Shown: positions 23,438 to 43,760, numbered from the whole stretch's first letter. The stretch: DNA of 63,772 nucleotides, filler included, from Reclinomonas americana ATCC 50394 (GCA_048213135.1; 5 parts of 3 records of this genome joined end to end with filler, not necessarily neighbours in it), one strand, 5' to 3'. A program made the numbers and translations. Notes: a model not told the origin generated them from the sequence alone.

Positions 23438-24346
23438 GAGACATGAGCACAACGAATTGATCCTAACCGACACAAGACGACACAGTACCGTGCTCAGTGA
23501 AGGAGGCCAGGGAGAATAACAAGCAGTGCACGCAACAAAGAAACAACAAGAGAGAGAGAGAGAGACAACACAGTAACATGCTCAGTGAAGGAGACAGGGG
23601 AGTATAACAAGAAGTGCACGCAACAAAGAAACAAAGAGAGAGAGAGAGAGAGAGGAGAGTACGCTTATCTGTCAGTCTGCACCAAACCCTCTCCTTCTAT
23701 CTCTCTTTCTATCTCTCTCTCTCTCTCTCTCGCTCTCTCTCACCCGTTTCCCACCACCCACCTTCTGATCGCCGGAAGGTCTCAAAAATGCGGCTCGACA
23801 AGTTGCCGACACAGCATGCGACATGAATGAACGGGCCCTCCTTGCCAATGTTCAGACCTTGCACGTAATAGGTGAAGTCAGCCAACAGCCAACAAGCACA
23901 CGCAACATATCCCTTGCCCCTTCAACGCCAAACCTGTTCCCACACTCGGCACCAAGGCAGTGCACTTGGTGGCCAGCGTCCACGCTCCCAAATGGTTCGG
24001 TAGCTCCGCACCGCTCAGAATGGTCTTCACCTCGGGGATGCCGGAGCCGGAGGCTCGTGGCGCGATGCGCTTCACCAGCCACGCCGCGACGAACGCCATG
24101 ACCAGCGCCAGCGCAATGTAGGCGCTGTAGTTGATGGCGGAGACGTTGGTGGCCGAGGTGGCGCCGAATATTTGTGCCCAGGTCTTCCAGTTGCGGCAGG
24201 ATGTGTGATCCACTGGTTGTGGGGGAAGGGGTGTCCGGGAAAGGGACGAAGAGGAGAGAGAGAGAGAGAGAGAGAGACAGCGAGAGAACACAGAGAGGCA
24301 GGCAGACAGACGGATAGAATGACAGGCAAGCAGACAAACAAGAGAG

Positions 24347-24399
<53 letters not shown>

Positions 24400-24791
24400 G
24401 AACGAACGAACGTACGACGACGAGTAGTAAGTAGTACGACGAACGAACGGACGGACGTACGACGACGCGCCGACCGACCGAACCGACCACCTACTTACTT
24501 ACGTAACGACGACGACAACGAAGTAGTACGGTCGNNNNNNNNNNNNNNNNNNNNNNNNNNNNNNNNNNNNNNNNNNNNNNNNNNNNNNNNNNNNNNNNNN
24601 NNNNNNNNNNNNNNNNNNNNNNNNNNNNNNNNNNNNNNNNNNNNNNNNNNNNNNNNNNNNNNNNNNNNNNNNNNNNNNNNNNNNNNNNNNNNNNNNNNNN
24701 NNNNNNNNNNNNNNNNNNNNNNNNNNNNNNNNNNNNNNNGAGAGACGAGAGACGTACGTACGACGACGACTACGTACGACGACGACGAGAC

Positions 24792-24858
<67 letters not shown>

Positions 24859-26857
24859 ACGAAACAAGTCAGCGATGATAATGTCGACAAGCGGCTAGCG
24901 AATGCGCCGCAACGCACCATATTCTAAGCAGCACAGATAGTGCGGCAGGTACCACCACTTGGTGCACACGCCGCCGCGAATCGCCTCGGCCCATTCGACA
25001 CCCAGTCCCACAATACCAGCCAGAATGCCCAGTACCACACCGGCCAGCGTGGCCACAATCCAGCCCTGCAACGACAACCACCATTGTCGTCTCCAACATG
25101 ACTGTGCAGGACAGTGAGCGACAGATGCAATTATAAATAGAAGGGAGAGAGGCTGTCACGAAACTCCATCGTCCTTGCCCTTTGGGTAATCGTCGCGCAT
25201 TTCTGTTAAAACAATGAAAACCAACGTGCTCAGTATTCTCGGTTTATGACGCACGCGTCAAGCGAATCCCTACATCAAGACGATATCGGCACGCGTGAAG
25301 AATCGAGGACACTCATGTGGACAGGGGGCAAGAGGAGGGAGGGAGAAGACAGCACAAGAGATCAGAGAGATTCGGGAGAGCGCCACATGCGACAAGTCGT
25401 GGATTGAGCAACAGAACGACAATTCGCCAGGAGGAGAGAAACGACACACGAAAGCACGTATTCGCAGCAGCACGCAGGCGTCGGGAAGAGGTACGAGGGA
25501 CGGCAGTGAGGAGCACAGTGGAGCGGGAGGAAGAAGCAAGAATTCCCAGTTGCACAAACTAAGCAACGAACATTGACAGCGCCAACGCAAGAACTTCGAG
25601 TATCGAACAATGAGGGCATTCAGTGTTTTCAGCTGCACGCACCATGGACAGCACGAGACACAAAACAAAGATTCCAAAGGAACAAGCACAGTGGGGACCA
25701 CAGAGATCCGCATTTCAGCTGCACGAACGGAGCAACGGAAGGCAGCAGCACGAGCCATAAAGGCAAGGATACTAGACGAACGCATTCCAAGCAGCAGACG
25801 TTCTCCTGTTCGGCATGCACAGACTACACGAAGAAAGGAACCAAGAAGAGTGCGAAAGAACTCCAGACAAAAGAGCAGAAAGGGTATCCAGGGAAAGATG
25901 CGTGTTCACGGCTGCACACGGTGACTGAGGAACAAGCAGTGCAACGATATACATTCCCTATTGCTCAGCTGCACGAGCAAACATCACAATGACAGTCAGC
26001 TAAGAAAAACAGGAATGCAGAGATCGTTTCTCTGCCAACGTAAGAACGATACGATATGCAAGGGCAAGCTTCTCTATCTGAGTATGTGTGAGAGAGGGAG
26101 TGTGTAAGAAGAGCGTGCGAGAGAGTGTGTATGCAAACAGGATTCTGAGGATAAGTTCTCAGCTGAACAAACTACAATGGCAATGAAAGGAGATCAAGGT
26201 GACACGATCTACAAGGGCAAGCTTCTCTATCTGAGTATGTGTGAGAGAGAGTGTGCAAACAGGATACACAGGATAGGTTCTCATCTGTACAAACTGCACT
26301 GGCAATGAGAATGACAGGTGACACGATCTGCAAGGACGAGCTTCTCCCTCTTCTGCGTGTGTGTGCGTGTCCCCCTCCCTCTCCCTTTCCCCTCCGCCTC
26401 CCTTCTCCCTTCCCCGCAACTCACCCACAGTCGAGTATCCCCTCGTATTCCTCCTCGGTGGACTCTTCCCACTGCTCGCACTCCCCGCACTCCCTCTCCT
26501 TGTCGCATGATGATCATAATGATGCGAGTCACCCCCACTTCCGCTCCCATCTCCACCACCACCACCAATCGACGAATCCTTGCCTGTCCCACGAAACGCC
26601 GCTCCCAACGCCTCAGCGCTGCTCGCCAGCACAGGACCGCGCAACGAGCCACTTCGCCGCGAACGTCGCGACGCCGACGACGGCAACGAAAGTGCGCTCT
26701 CGGTCGACGCAAATTCATCCGTCGGCGAATGAGGCGGCAATGGAACAGCGGGTGAGGCGGGCGGCACAAGAAGCCCGCCACTGCCGCCTCCTCCGTCGCT
26801 GACGTCATCGAGCAGGGGGCGTCGGGCTTCGCTGTCGGCGGCGCGACGGTTGCTCAT
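20582..26857 (-). CDS. CLC chloride/proton exchanger (ClC-3/4/5-like), multi-exon, 3' end in gap
   Basis: GSGIPEVKTILSG, GKEGPFIH, AFGAPVGGVLYTIEE, PAGVFIPGLAIGA, VVMFELTGGLEYIVP and CBS-domain exons; N-terminal PLL sorting-like motif. Confidence 0.95.
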
Positions 26858-27787
26858 TCTTGTAATGCGACCGTTGCAATCTGCGCAAAAGTGGCAAATT
26901 CAACATGTGTGTGTGTGTGTGTGTCGTGCTCACGGTGAATGGAATGCATGTCGTGTGTGTGTGCATGTGTGCGTGAGAGAGACACACAGGTGCGCAAGAG
27001 AAAGAGAGTGGGTGTGGTCGATCAGTGAGACATGTCGCGGGATCTTGCACAATGGAACGCGTGTTGTGCGATGGGGAGACAGACAAGAGCCTCTCTGCGC
27101 TGCGTGTGTGCGTGTGCGTGCGGCTCACCTGTGCCTCGCGCTTACTTTCTGTGTGAGTTCTGTGACAGATATTTGCGCGAGCGCGGCGGGACTGTCCACT
27201 TCAGCAACGTGGAAAAGCGCTGAGGATCGAGTGGAATGCACGTGCGTATGGGAGCACGTGCGTGAACTGCAGCGCGCACGATGCACGAAGCGCGATTACA
27301 GGCGTGCAAGTGTCGTGTCCTGCGCGAATTGTTGAACGTCGAAACTGAACATTGCAAGTGCGCGTGCAAAAAAGTAACAACGAGCAAGACGATACTGCAG
27401 ATCAGTGCTAAAATAAAAATACCTTCGAGGCCAACACGCATTTGATTGGCTTTGCCTCCTGAAAGGGCCCGGGAAGATGACTGTTGGAGAAGTAATTATG
27501 TTTTGTATACTGTTTGTGCCAATTGGCCAAGGTCATTGTCGGCAAGGGGTTTGTGGGCGTTTATCGCATTATTGGAATGTGGTGAACGAAGTGTTTTGTG
27601 CCAGACAGCACAAGTGCGACATTGAATTTGTCCGACGTCGCGTAGAGTTGTTTTTTATTTTGTTTGTTTGTTTTGTGAAGGGGGAAACGCGGAAGCTTCT
27701 CTCTTTGTGGAAGGTTTGTGTGATGAGGATTTTGCAGTTTGTTGGTTATGTGTGTGTGTGTGTGTGACTGTGTGTTTTGTTTTGCAG

Positions 27788-28221
27788 ATGTTGTCGCAGG
27801 TGGTGCAGCGGATTCGCATCCGTGCAGCTGGAGCTGGTGAGAGTGAGATGCAAGGGGAAGGGTGATAGGGTGATAGGGGAAGAGAAGGGAGGGAGGGAGG
27901 GAGGGAGGGAGAGAAACGAGAGAGCAGTGTGAGGGAGTATGCAGTATGCGATTGAGCGAGCTTAGAGAGAGAGAGAGAGAGAGAGCATAGTGTGCAGTCT
28001 GTGAGTGAGTTAGGCGTCGAGTTAGCGACACTCCAAGCNNNNNNNNNNNNNNNNNNNNAGGCATCGAGTAAGCGTCACCTGAAACGATCTAGGTGTCGAC
28101 GAGCACCTCACCATGAAAGCAGCCAACTGCTGAGGGACAGAGAGTGACGCGTCTTACTAGATGGCAGCTTACACACTCAACTCGACGATTAAGCACCTCC
28201 ACACTGCAGGCATGAGTTGTA

Positions 28222-28252
<31 letters not shown>

Positions 28253-30825
28253 CAGTGAAGCAGAGAGGAAAGCGTCGCTTAATCGTCACCTGAAGCACTG
28301 CCGGCGACGACACAATGAGAACACCACTGCGATGACAGAGAGAGAGAGAGCAAGGCGTCGATCAAGCGACTCAGCCTCAGAGACTGTAAAGAGTACAATG
28401 CAGCACCTTGCATCGAGTATGTTCTCATTCCACTTGACTTGCAGTGTGGTTTCCGCGTCGATCGTCGACCAGTGGATCGCCAGTGCCGCCGAGTGCTTTT
28501 GGGCAGTATCAGAGACCGTCGCAACAGCAACAACAGCAGCAGCAGCAGCAGCAGCAGGCGCAGGCGGCTGCGGAGGCGAAGCAACAGGAACAGCAGCAGC
28601 AGCAGCAGGCGGGACGACCGATCATTCGCGTGGTGGGAGTGGGAGGTGCTGGCGGCAATGCCATCAACAATATGATTCAGAGCAAGTTGACAGGTGAGGC
28701 TACAGGAGGGGAAGGGAAGAGAGAAGGAGAGAGGGAGAGATAGTGGGAAGAGAAGAGAGGTGTGCAGCCTTACTTGCTGCTGTACGTCCAAGAGACGCTG
28801 TGATTCAGCGCGGAGAGGTGCGGTGTGTTGAGCTCACATAGAGACGAGCGGTGGCATGCTTGTGCCGTTATCTGCTGAGTGGAAGTGCGAGTTTGAGACA
28901 CAGAGTGACGAACAGAGACTCGCTTTTGCCACCGCTTGTGCTGTGTGAGAATGGGGGAGAGATACACAGCACGTGACGTGCAACTGTCTCTGTGTGTCGG
29001 CGAGTTTGAGGCACCGGTATCTGCCACTTTTGTCAGATGAGAATGAGAAAGAAAGAGAGAGCAAGTGGGGTGCAAAGTGATGCTTGATGATGTGCAAGTG
29101 CCTCAGCGTGCCGAGTAGAAGGGAGTGATGGTGTGAGTTAGAGGTGGAGCAAGACGCGCGTTGGCGTCCGGCTACCACTGCGTGTCGAGTGAGAATGGGA
29201 AGGAAGGAGAGAGCAACAAGTTGGGTGCAGCATGATGCACGATGTTGTGAGAAAGGGACAGAGACGCGGCAATTGATGCCCACTGTGTTATTCGCGTGAA
29301 AGGGAGATGTGGTGCGAGTTTATAGAGGCACATCATGACGCCAGTGATGCGACAGTCGAGTTTGACAGACGTTGAGAGTCATGTGAAGTTGTAGCTGGTC
29401 ATACGAAGCATGCCACGCCGATTCAAGAGACACAACAGCCGTTGTTGATGCACTGCAGATTGAGTAACTCCTCGCTCTTTCCCTTCCCTTTCCCTCCACC
29501 CAGGTGTCGAATTTCTGGCGATGAACACCGACGCACAGGCACTGGCGCACTCGGAGGTGCCGGTGGAGGGCCGCGTGCAGCTCGGTCCCGTGTGCTGTGC
29601 CGGTCTGGGAGCGGGCTCGTCGAACGATCGAGGTGCGCGGTGATTGTGCGCCCTCCAACTTGGCGAGTGCCTCGTGCTTACTCACTCCTCGCACAGGTCG
29701 TGAGGCGGCACTGGAGGTAATCGACGAAATCAAGCAGCGTTTGGAGGGAGCGCACATGGTGTTTATCACGGCTGGTGAGTCTTGTTGGTTTTGTGCCCAT
29801 CACAGCTTTCTAAGCCCTCTCTACCTCCTTGCCCTCCTTTGCTCCCCTTCCCCTATTTGTGTTCTTTTTAAAATTCCCCCTTTCTCATCCCTTCTCTCCC
29901 TCCTCGTTTCTCTTTCTCGCTTCCTTCCGGTTCGCTTCCCCCCACTCTCTTTTCCCTCCTTTTTGTATTCCGCCTCTCTTCTTTTCCCTCCCGTTCTCCT
30001 CCCTGTTCCTGTTCCTTTACCTTCCCGTTTCGCTTCCCCCTGTCCCCTTCCGCCCTTCCCTCTCTTACCTCCTTCCCCCTTCCCCTTCCGCCCTTCCCTC
30101 TCTTACCCCCTTCCCCCTTCCCCCTTCNNNNNNNNNNNNNNNNNNNNNNNNNNNNNNNNNNNNNNNNNNNNTTAATTAATTAANNNNNNNNNNNNNNNNN
30201 NNNNNNNNNNNNNNNNNNNNNNNNNNNAGTCCACTGGCTCACCCTTGTGACATTCAAGGTCGTCGACACGCTCCTGGTCATCCCCAATCAAAACCTCTTC
30301 AGCCTCCACGATGCTAGCAAACTGACGTTCACCAAGGCCTTCCAAGTGGCCGACCGCGTGCTCTACCACGGCGTGCGCGGCGTGACGGACCTGATTGTGA
30401 AGCCGGGTCTCATCAACTTGGATTTTGCGGATGTGCGAGCGATTATGCGACAGGCGGGACGCGCGTTGATGGGCACAGGTGGGTGAGAGGGAGGAGGCAG
30501 GCGCTGGCCGATGGAATTGGATGAGAGTTGCTCATCTCCCTTTTCCCCCTCATGCGCAGGCGAGGCCGAGGGCGATGATCGCGCCAAGGACGCCGCCGGG
30601 GAAGCACTCAGCAACCCACTCCTCGGCGACATCTCCACGAGCGACGCCAAGGGCGTGCTGATCTCCATCTCGGGCGGCGACGACATGACGCTGTTCGAAG
30701 TCAACGAGATCGCCAACTGTGTCAAGGAGCGCGTGCGCGAGGATGCCAACATTATCTTTGGCTCCACCTTTGATGCCTCGCTCGGCAACAAGATTCGCGT
30801 CAGCATCATTATCACCGGAGTCAAG
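27788..30825 (+). CDS. ftsZ: FtsZ, alphaproteobacterial/mitochondrial type, nuclear-encoded with introns (internal and 3' gaps)
   Basis: [84 protein letters not shown]. Putative first exon [16 protein letters not shown] is Arg-rich and lacks acidic residues. The GGGTG loop would lie in the 30128-30228 gap. Confidence 0.95.
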
Positions 30826-31056
30826 GTGCGTGTACACGGGGAGAGAGATATACCTCTCTCTCTCTGGGNNNNNNNNNNNNNNNNNNNNNNNNNNNNNNNN
30901 NNNNNNNNNNNNNNNNNNNNNNNNNNNNNNNNNNNNNNNNNNNNNNNNNNNNNNNNNNNNNNNNNNNNNNNNNNNNNNNNNNNNNNNNNNNNNNNNNNNN
31001 NNNNNNNNNNNNNNNNNNNNNNNNNNNNNNNNNNNNNNNNNNNNNNNNNNNNNNNN

Positions 31057-31200
31057 TGCAACAGAGTGGAACACGGAGTGCAACAGAGTGGAACACGGAG
31101 TGCAACAGAGTGAAACACGGAGTGCAACAAGAGTGGAACGGAGTGCAACAAGAGTGGAACGGAGGGCAACAAGAGTGGAACAGAGTGCAACAAGAGTGGA
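31057..31200. repeat. ~22-bp minisatellite (TGCAACAGAGTGGAACACGGAG)
   Basis: About six to seven degenerate tandem copies abutting an N gap. Confidence 0.85.
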
Positions 31201-31366
31201 CGAGAATGAGAGAATTGAAGACAGGGGGACGACGGTGAGCCACACTGTCTCTCTGTCTCTCTCAGTCTCTCTGGAGAAAACGATCACAATATAATAGTTG
31301 CAATCATGCGACATAGAAACGTGGTGGATAAGGGATGAGAGACGACAATGTGCAGAATCCACTCAC

Positions 31367-35341
<3,975 letters not shown>

Positions 35342-35759
35342 TTGAGTGAGCGTGTGAGAGAGATTGGTTGATCGAGTGGGTGAATGGAAATTGGTTTCTG
35401 TTTTTTCTTGTCTCATGATCATGGTGCGCGTGGATCGCGGAGGAGGAGAGTGAGACTGTGGTGGCCATAGGTGTGCATGCGTTGCGCGATGTGGGTTTGC
35501 TGTTGTATTTCCGATATTGCATTGATGCATTTTTTGTTCGTCAACCTTCCGGGCCAGGATGCGAGGCAACAAACGGGCGACCAGTCTAGCCTCTAAACGT
35601 ACACATCGGACTTCTTCAGGACCGCGAATTCGAGCAGAGACGAAGAGCCCTGATGTTGTTTGACTCGCAGGAATTCGAATTGCTTTGAAGTTGCGGAAGA
35701 CAGAACGGCTGCTGACGGACAGCGAACTGGGATGTTAACGTCTCGTGCCTGAGGCACAG

Positions 35760-38912
<3,153 letters not shown>

Positions 38913-38970
38913 ACCTTCCCCCATGACAAATCGACACGCTCGCGATCGCGACTCACTCACCGATTCGACA

Positions 38971-39665
38971 ATGGCGTTCTCGGGACTGGGCCAGCAGTAT
39001 GCAGCGACTCTGATCTTTGGCGGTGCGAGTCTCATCGGTGGCATCGCCTGCACCTCGATCGCCATGCTGTTGGGCGTGTCGGCCAAAACGATTGCAGGTG
39101 TCAGGTTCGATTACTCGTCGTGATCATGTGCATCAAAGTACACATCATTTGCACACCCATGGAACACACTGGATAGCTCTCCTCACCGCTCTCCCCTGTC
39201 TCTCTCGTGAATCCGAACATGCATTTGTGTGTTCCGTTTGTTGCGCACAGTCTCCCTCTCGTGGCCATCGGCTGCGGCGCGATGGCCATCATCAACGCCG
39301 TCCAACAGCACTGGCAGAACGCGTACACCACCAAGTGCCAGGCGTGCTCGGACGCTGGCTTGCCTCCGCCTCCCGGTCCTCCCCAATGGCTCTCCCACCT
39401 CAACACTGTGCTGCTTGTCACCGCCTGCGGCATCGCCGGCGGTTGGTCCAGTCTCACCCTCGCCGCTCTGATCGCCGTCAACGTTCCTCTCGTGCTCAGC
39501 AGCGCCTGCTTCGCGATCGCCATGCTGCGTCTGGTCAACGCGTTCGGAAGTTCAAGCGAGAAGCAGCGCGTGTTGCACTCGTCGCTCCTGGCTGGCACCA
39601 GTGCAGTGCTCGCAGTGTGGGGTGGGTGGAGGCTGTATGGTGGATCAGCGCCGCACGTCGCATGA
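38971..39665 (+). CDS. Small multi-pass membrane protein, unknown family, copy 1 (2 exons)
   Basis: MAFSGLGQQ...GVS|LPLVAIG...GGWSSL...AVWGGWRLYGG; phase-2 intron AG|GTTCGA...CAG|TCTC shared with paralogs. Confidence 0.8.
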
Positions 39666-39873
39666 CAGGAAGCAGCAATCGTGGACATGTTGCATGAGTA
39701 TCGGAAGTTGGCCCATGTGACACTGCAGATGCGGAAGAATGAACAAGACTGCTGTGAGCTCTCGTTGTGATAGTCCTCTGTGACACTGACAGCTATCACG
39801 ATGCAAGCACTTGTGGGCGAACGTCGACAAGACGAGACAGAGAGAGGACACTTGACCATCTCCCTTCAATCAC

Positions 39874-40246
39874 ATGTTCTGGAGATTAGTTGGCCTGGAT
39901 GATGGGTTTATTCTGCTCGGCCTCTGTGTGTTTGTCATTGGCATCGCCTGCACCTTGCTTGCCTTGCGGTTAGGCGTGTCGGGAGAGCAGATGCTCGACT
40001 TCTTTTTGGGAGTCGCGGGCGCTCTCATTGGTGGCTCCTGCGCCTCTATCGCATTGCTGCAGGGAGCGTCGACTGGAGCTGTTGCACGTGTCAGGTTCGA
40101 CGCACTGACGTGATCTTTGCACACGCAGCATGCATGAACACAGACATGGAGAGCATCATAATCTCCTCCTCCTCTTCTTCTTCTTCTTGTTGTTGCTGTT
40201 GTTGTTGTTCTCGTTGTTGTTGTTGTTGTTGTTGTTCTTCTTGTTC

Positions 40247-40332
<86 letters not shown>

Positions 40333-41046
40333 GCTGTTCTTCTGCTTCTTCTCTTTCTTTTTCTTCTTGTTCTTCCTCTTCTTCTCCTCCTTCTCCTCTT
40401 GTTCTTCTTCTTCTTCTTGTTCTTCTTCTTCTTCTACTTGTCCTTCTTGTTCTTNNNNNNNNNNNNNNNNNNNNTTTCGTTCTTCTTCTTCTTCTTCTCT
40501 CTCCTCTTCTTCTTCTTCTCCTCCTCCTCCTCCTCCTCGACTTTCTGCTTCTTCTCCTCTTCTTCTTCGTCTTCGTCTTCTTGTTCTTGTTCTTCTTCTT
40601 CTCTCTCTCCACCTCCTCCTCGCGCGTGACCCTGTATTCCAATGGCGCACAGCATCCCTCTCGTGGTCCTCGCCTTCGCCTCCATCGCCACTATCGACGC
40701 CATTCACTCCCGCTGGCAGCTTCACTTTGCCGATCGTCGGCGTTGGCTTGCCAATCTCAACAGAATGCTTCGCATCAGCCTCCTGGTCACTGCTGGCGGG
40801 TGGTCCAGTCTCATGATCGCTGCGTTCTTCTCCGCCAACGCGGTCCCTCTGCTGCTCTGCAGCGTCTGCTTCGCGCTGGTTGTGTTGTGGTTCATCAGTG
40901 CGACCGGATGCCCACGGTTAGAGTTCGAATCCGGCGGCCGAAGCAAGTTGCACGCTTTGCTGGTGGCCATGGCCGTCTTCAGCGCAATGTTCGCATTGAT
41001 GGGTGGCTGGAGGATGTATAACGGTTTAGCGCCGCGCGTCAGGTGA
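39874..41046 (+). CDS. Small multi-pass membrane protein, copy 2 (2 exons; intron swollen by TTG/TTC repeats)
   Basis: Exon 1 MFWRLVG...GAVARVS, exon 2 IPLVVLAF...GGWSSL...MGGWRMYNG; same intron position. Confidence 0.75.
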
Positions 41047-41281
41047 TGAGCGGAAGAATGAAAAAAGCAAAACGATTGCTGTGAGCTGATGAGTCGCTCT
41101 TAAGATCTTCTGACACAGCGACAGACATCACGATGCAGGCGCTTGCTGATGCGGATGTAAGAACAGCAAACGAATGCTGTGAGCTCGCTCCTCTGAGCGA
41201 CTGGCATGACGACGTCTGCAGGCACCCATGGGCGGACGTCGACAAGAGAGGACACATTTGTCAATCAAAACAAACAAACAA

Positions 41282-41985
41282 ATGTCGTTCTCGGGCCTTG
41301 CACAGCAGGGCGCCGCCTTGATCTTTGCTGGCGTGAGCGTTGTTGGCGGTGTCGCGTGCGCCACCATCGCCATGATGTTGGGAGTGTCGGCCGTCGGAGT
41401 CGCACGTGTCAGGTTCGATGCATGATTATTGAGCACACGACGCAGTATTATATCAGCGTGCACACACGCAAGCTGAGCACACACAGCTGCAGAGATCATC
41501 CTCTGTGCTCATCTCTCATTCGATCCGAACACGCATCACATCGTGTGTTCCATTGCGCACACAGTCTGCCTCTCGTGGCCCTCGCGTGCGGCGCCTACGC
41601 CCTTATCGACAACATCCAGGATCGCTGGCAGCGCAAACACGCTGCCGAGTGCCACGCATGTTTCGACGCGGGCGTGCCTCCACCTCCGGGCCCTCCGCGA
41701 TGGCTCACCAATCTCAACACGGTGCTCCTCATCAGCACGTTTGCCGTTGCTGGCGGGTGGTCCAGTCTCATGCTCGCCGCTCTCGTCGCCGCCAATGTCC
41801 CTCTGCTGCTCTGCGGTGCCTGCTTTGCGGTGGCGATGTTGCGTTTGATCAACGCGATCGGAAGCCCCAACGACGAGCGACGAGTGCTGCACGCTTCTGC
41901 GCTGGCAGTTGCCAGCGCAGTCTTCGCAGTGTGGGGCGGGTGGAGGCTGTATGGCGGTACGCCGCTGCATGAACTCCTCAAGTGA
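41282..41985 (+). CDS. Small multi-pass membrane protein, copy 3 (2 exons)
   Basis: MSFSGLAQQ...ARVS|LPLVALAC...GGWSSL...AVWGGWRLYGG; closest to copy 1. Confidence 0.8.
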
Positions 41986-42589
41986 CGGGCGGGTACACTC
42001 GTGTCGGATGAGTATATCGGCATGGTGGTCCATTCGACACGGAGAATACGTTAATGAACAGCTGAAAAACGGAGGACTCGTCACTGTCGAGGTATAGCGT
42101 GCAGGGCCGTCACTGCGGTCGAGAATACGTTGCCAGCCATCTGCAGGAGCTGCCATTCACCAACAGGCAGGAGAAGTGCTGAAGAGCGATCACTTCCACA
42201 AGAAAGCCTGCNNNNNNNNNNNNNNNNNNNNNNNNNNNNNNNNNNNNNNNNNNNNNNNNNNNNNNNNNNNNNNNNNNNNNNNNNNNNNNNNNNNNNNNNN
42301 NNNNNNNNNNNNNNNNNNNNNNNNNNNNNNNNNNNNNNNNNNNNNNNNNNNNNNNNNNNNNNNNNNNNNNNNNNNNNNNNNNNNNNNNNNNNNNNNNNNN
42401 NNNNNNNNNNNNNNNNNNNNNNNNNNNNNNNNNNNNNNNNNNNNNNNNNNNNNNNNNNNNNNNNNNNNNNNNNNNNNNNNNNNNNNNNNNNNNNNNNNNN
42501 NNNNNNNNTCTCCAGTGGACCGCGTAGAGGCTCTGAGCATTGCATTCCGAAAACCTTCACAACGTCGGTGATGTACTACCCCCTCCCCC

Positions 42590-43663
42590 TCACAGCTGAT
42601 CGGCAAAACATCGACGAGCAACGACCTCCGCGTCCTGGACCAGGAAGCAGCGCAACACAATCTCCACCAAGCAGCGTGGATCCTCTTCGTCCTCCTCTCG
42701 GTGCATCAACTCCTGCACGGCATGCATGGCCAAGCGCGCGCTCTGCAACTCCTGCCGAGAGAGTCCACATGGCGTGGTCCACACCCGTACTGTTTCGTCA
42801 TGGCTGCCGCTCACAATGCGCTGACCATCCACAGTTACCGCAACTGAATACACCGCATCAGCGTGCCCCTCCAGTCGTCGCACCTCCTCTCCACTCTCCA
42901 ACGACCACACTCGCACTGTGTTGTCGTAGCCGCCACTTACAACGTGTCGCCCGTCGGGGGTGACAGCAACTGCCATGACCTCGTCCGTGTGCCCGTTGAA
43001 TCGGCGCACTTGCTCGCCAGTCGCCAGCGACCACACACGCACGGTGCGATCCCCACTCCCGCTCACGATCTGCCGGCCATCGGGAGTGGCGACAACAGAA
43101 GACACCACATCGGTGTGGCCCACCAATCGATGCACCACCTCACCACTCTCCAGCAACCACACTCGCACCGTGTTGTCCCAGCTACCACTCACCGCGTGCA
43201 GATTATCGGGGGTGACAACAACACACATTATCCCACTCGTGTGTTCCACCTGTCGCAGCTCTTCTCCGCTCGCCAGCGACCACACTCGCAACAACTTGCC
43301 AATACCCGCACTCACAACGCGCTCACCATCGGGAGTCACAGCGATTGAATACACCATTCCAGTGTGACCCTCCAACCGTCGCACCTCCTCACCACTTGCC
43401 ACAGATAACACTCGTATCACTCCATCGACGCTCCCAACGACAAAGTGCTGTCCGTTGGGAGTGACGGCGAGGGAACGCACACGCCAGGTGAGTCCACCCA
43501 CTCGTCGCACTTCGTCTCCACTCGCCAGCGAATACATGCGAATGGTCTCATCTGCGCTCCCACTCACAAAGTGTTGACCATCGGGGGTCAGTGCAAGAGA
43601 CCAAGCAGGCAAGTCGTGTCGACGCAGGCATTTGCAGTGGAGGGAAGGAGGTGATGTGGACAT
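42590..43663 (-). CDS. Intronless WD40-repeat protein with conserved tail (cluster 2)
   Basis: 357-aa ORF, seven WD repeats, tail LSRQELQSARLAM...EEDPRCLVEIVLRCFLVQDAEV. Confidence 0.93.
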   Translation of the reverse strand: MSTSPPSLHCKCLRRHDLPAWSLALTPDGQHFVSGSADETIRMYSLASGDEVRRVGGLTWRVRSLAVTPNGQHFVVGSVDGVIRVLSVASGEEVRRLEGHTGMVYSIAVTPDGERVVSAGIGKLLRVWSLASGEELRQVEHTSGIMCVVVTPDNLHAVSGSWDNTVRVWLLESGEVVHRLVGHTDVVSSVVATPDGRQIVSGSGDRTVRVWSLATGEQVRRFNGHTDEVMAVAVTPDGRHVVSGGYDNTVRVWSLESGEEVRRLEGHADAVYSVAVTVDGQRIVSGSHDETVRVWTTPCGLSRQELQSARLAMHAVQELMHREEDEEDPRCLVEIVLRCFLVQDAEVVARRCFADQL

Positions 43664-43760
43664 GGAAGGTAGACACAGCGGAGTGGTGAGTGCGCGGAGA
43701 AAGACGTGAAGAGTGAAGGCCCAAGAGTGCGTGACGACAGGACAACATACCTCGTGTGGA

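Noticed and set aside
24398-24795. GACGACG/TACGTACG-rich stretches next to gaps (also ~36852-36890, 58860-58980, 60260-60395, 61067-61128)
   Set aside because: They follow long microsatellites at contig ends and resemble TACG flow-order pyrosequencing noise; probably artefacts.
27142-27441. 99-aa ORF with a hydrophobic N-terminus between CLC and FtsZ
   Set aside because: No recognisable motif or supporting exons; it lies in the probable divergent promoter region.
31057-31200. Regular short repeats as a CRISPR array or telomere
   Set aside because: Units are contiguous with no unique spacers, the context is eukaryotic and no cas genes are present; it is a minisatellite.
42080-42211. FLVEVIALQHFSCLL on the minus strand beside the gap as another WD40 tail
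   Set aside because: Only a weak resemblance to FLV.DAEVI..RF..L and cut by the gap; not enough to call.
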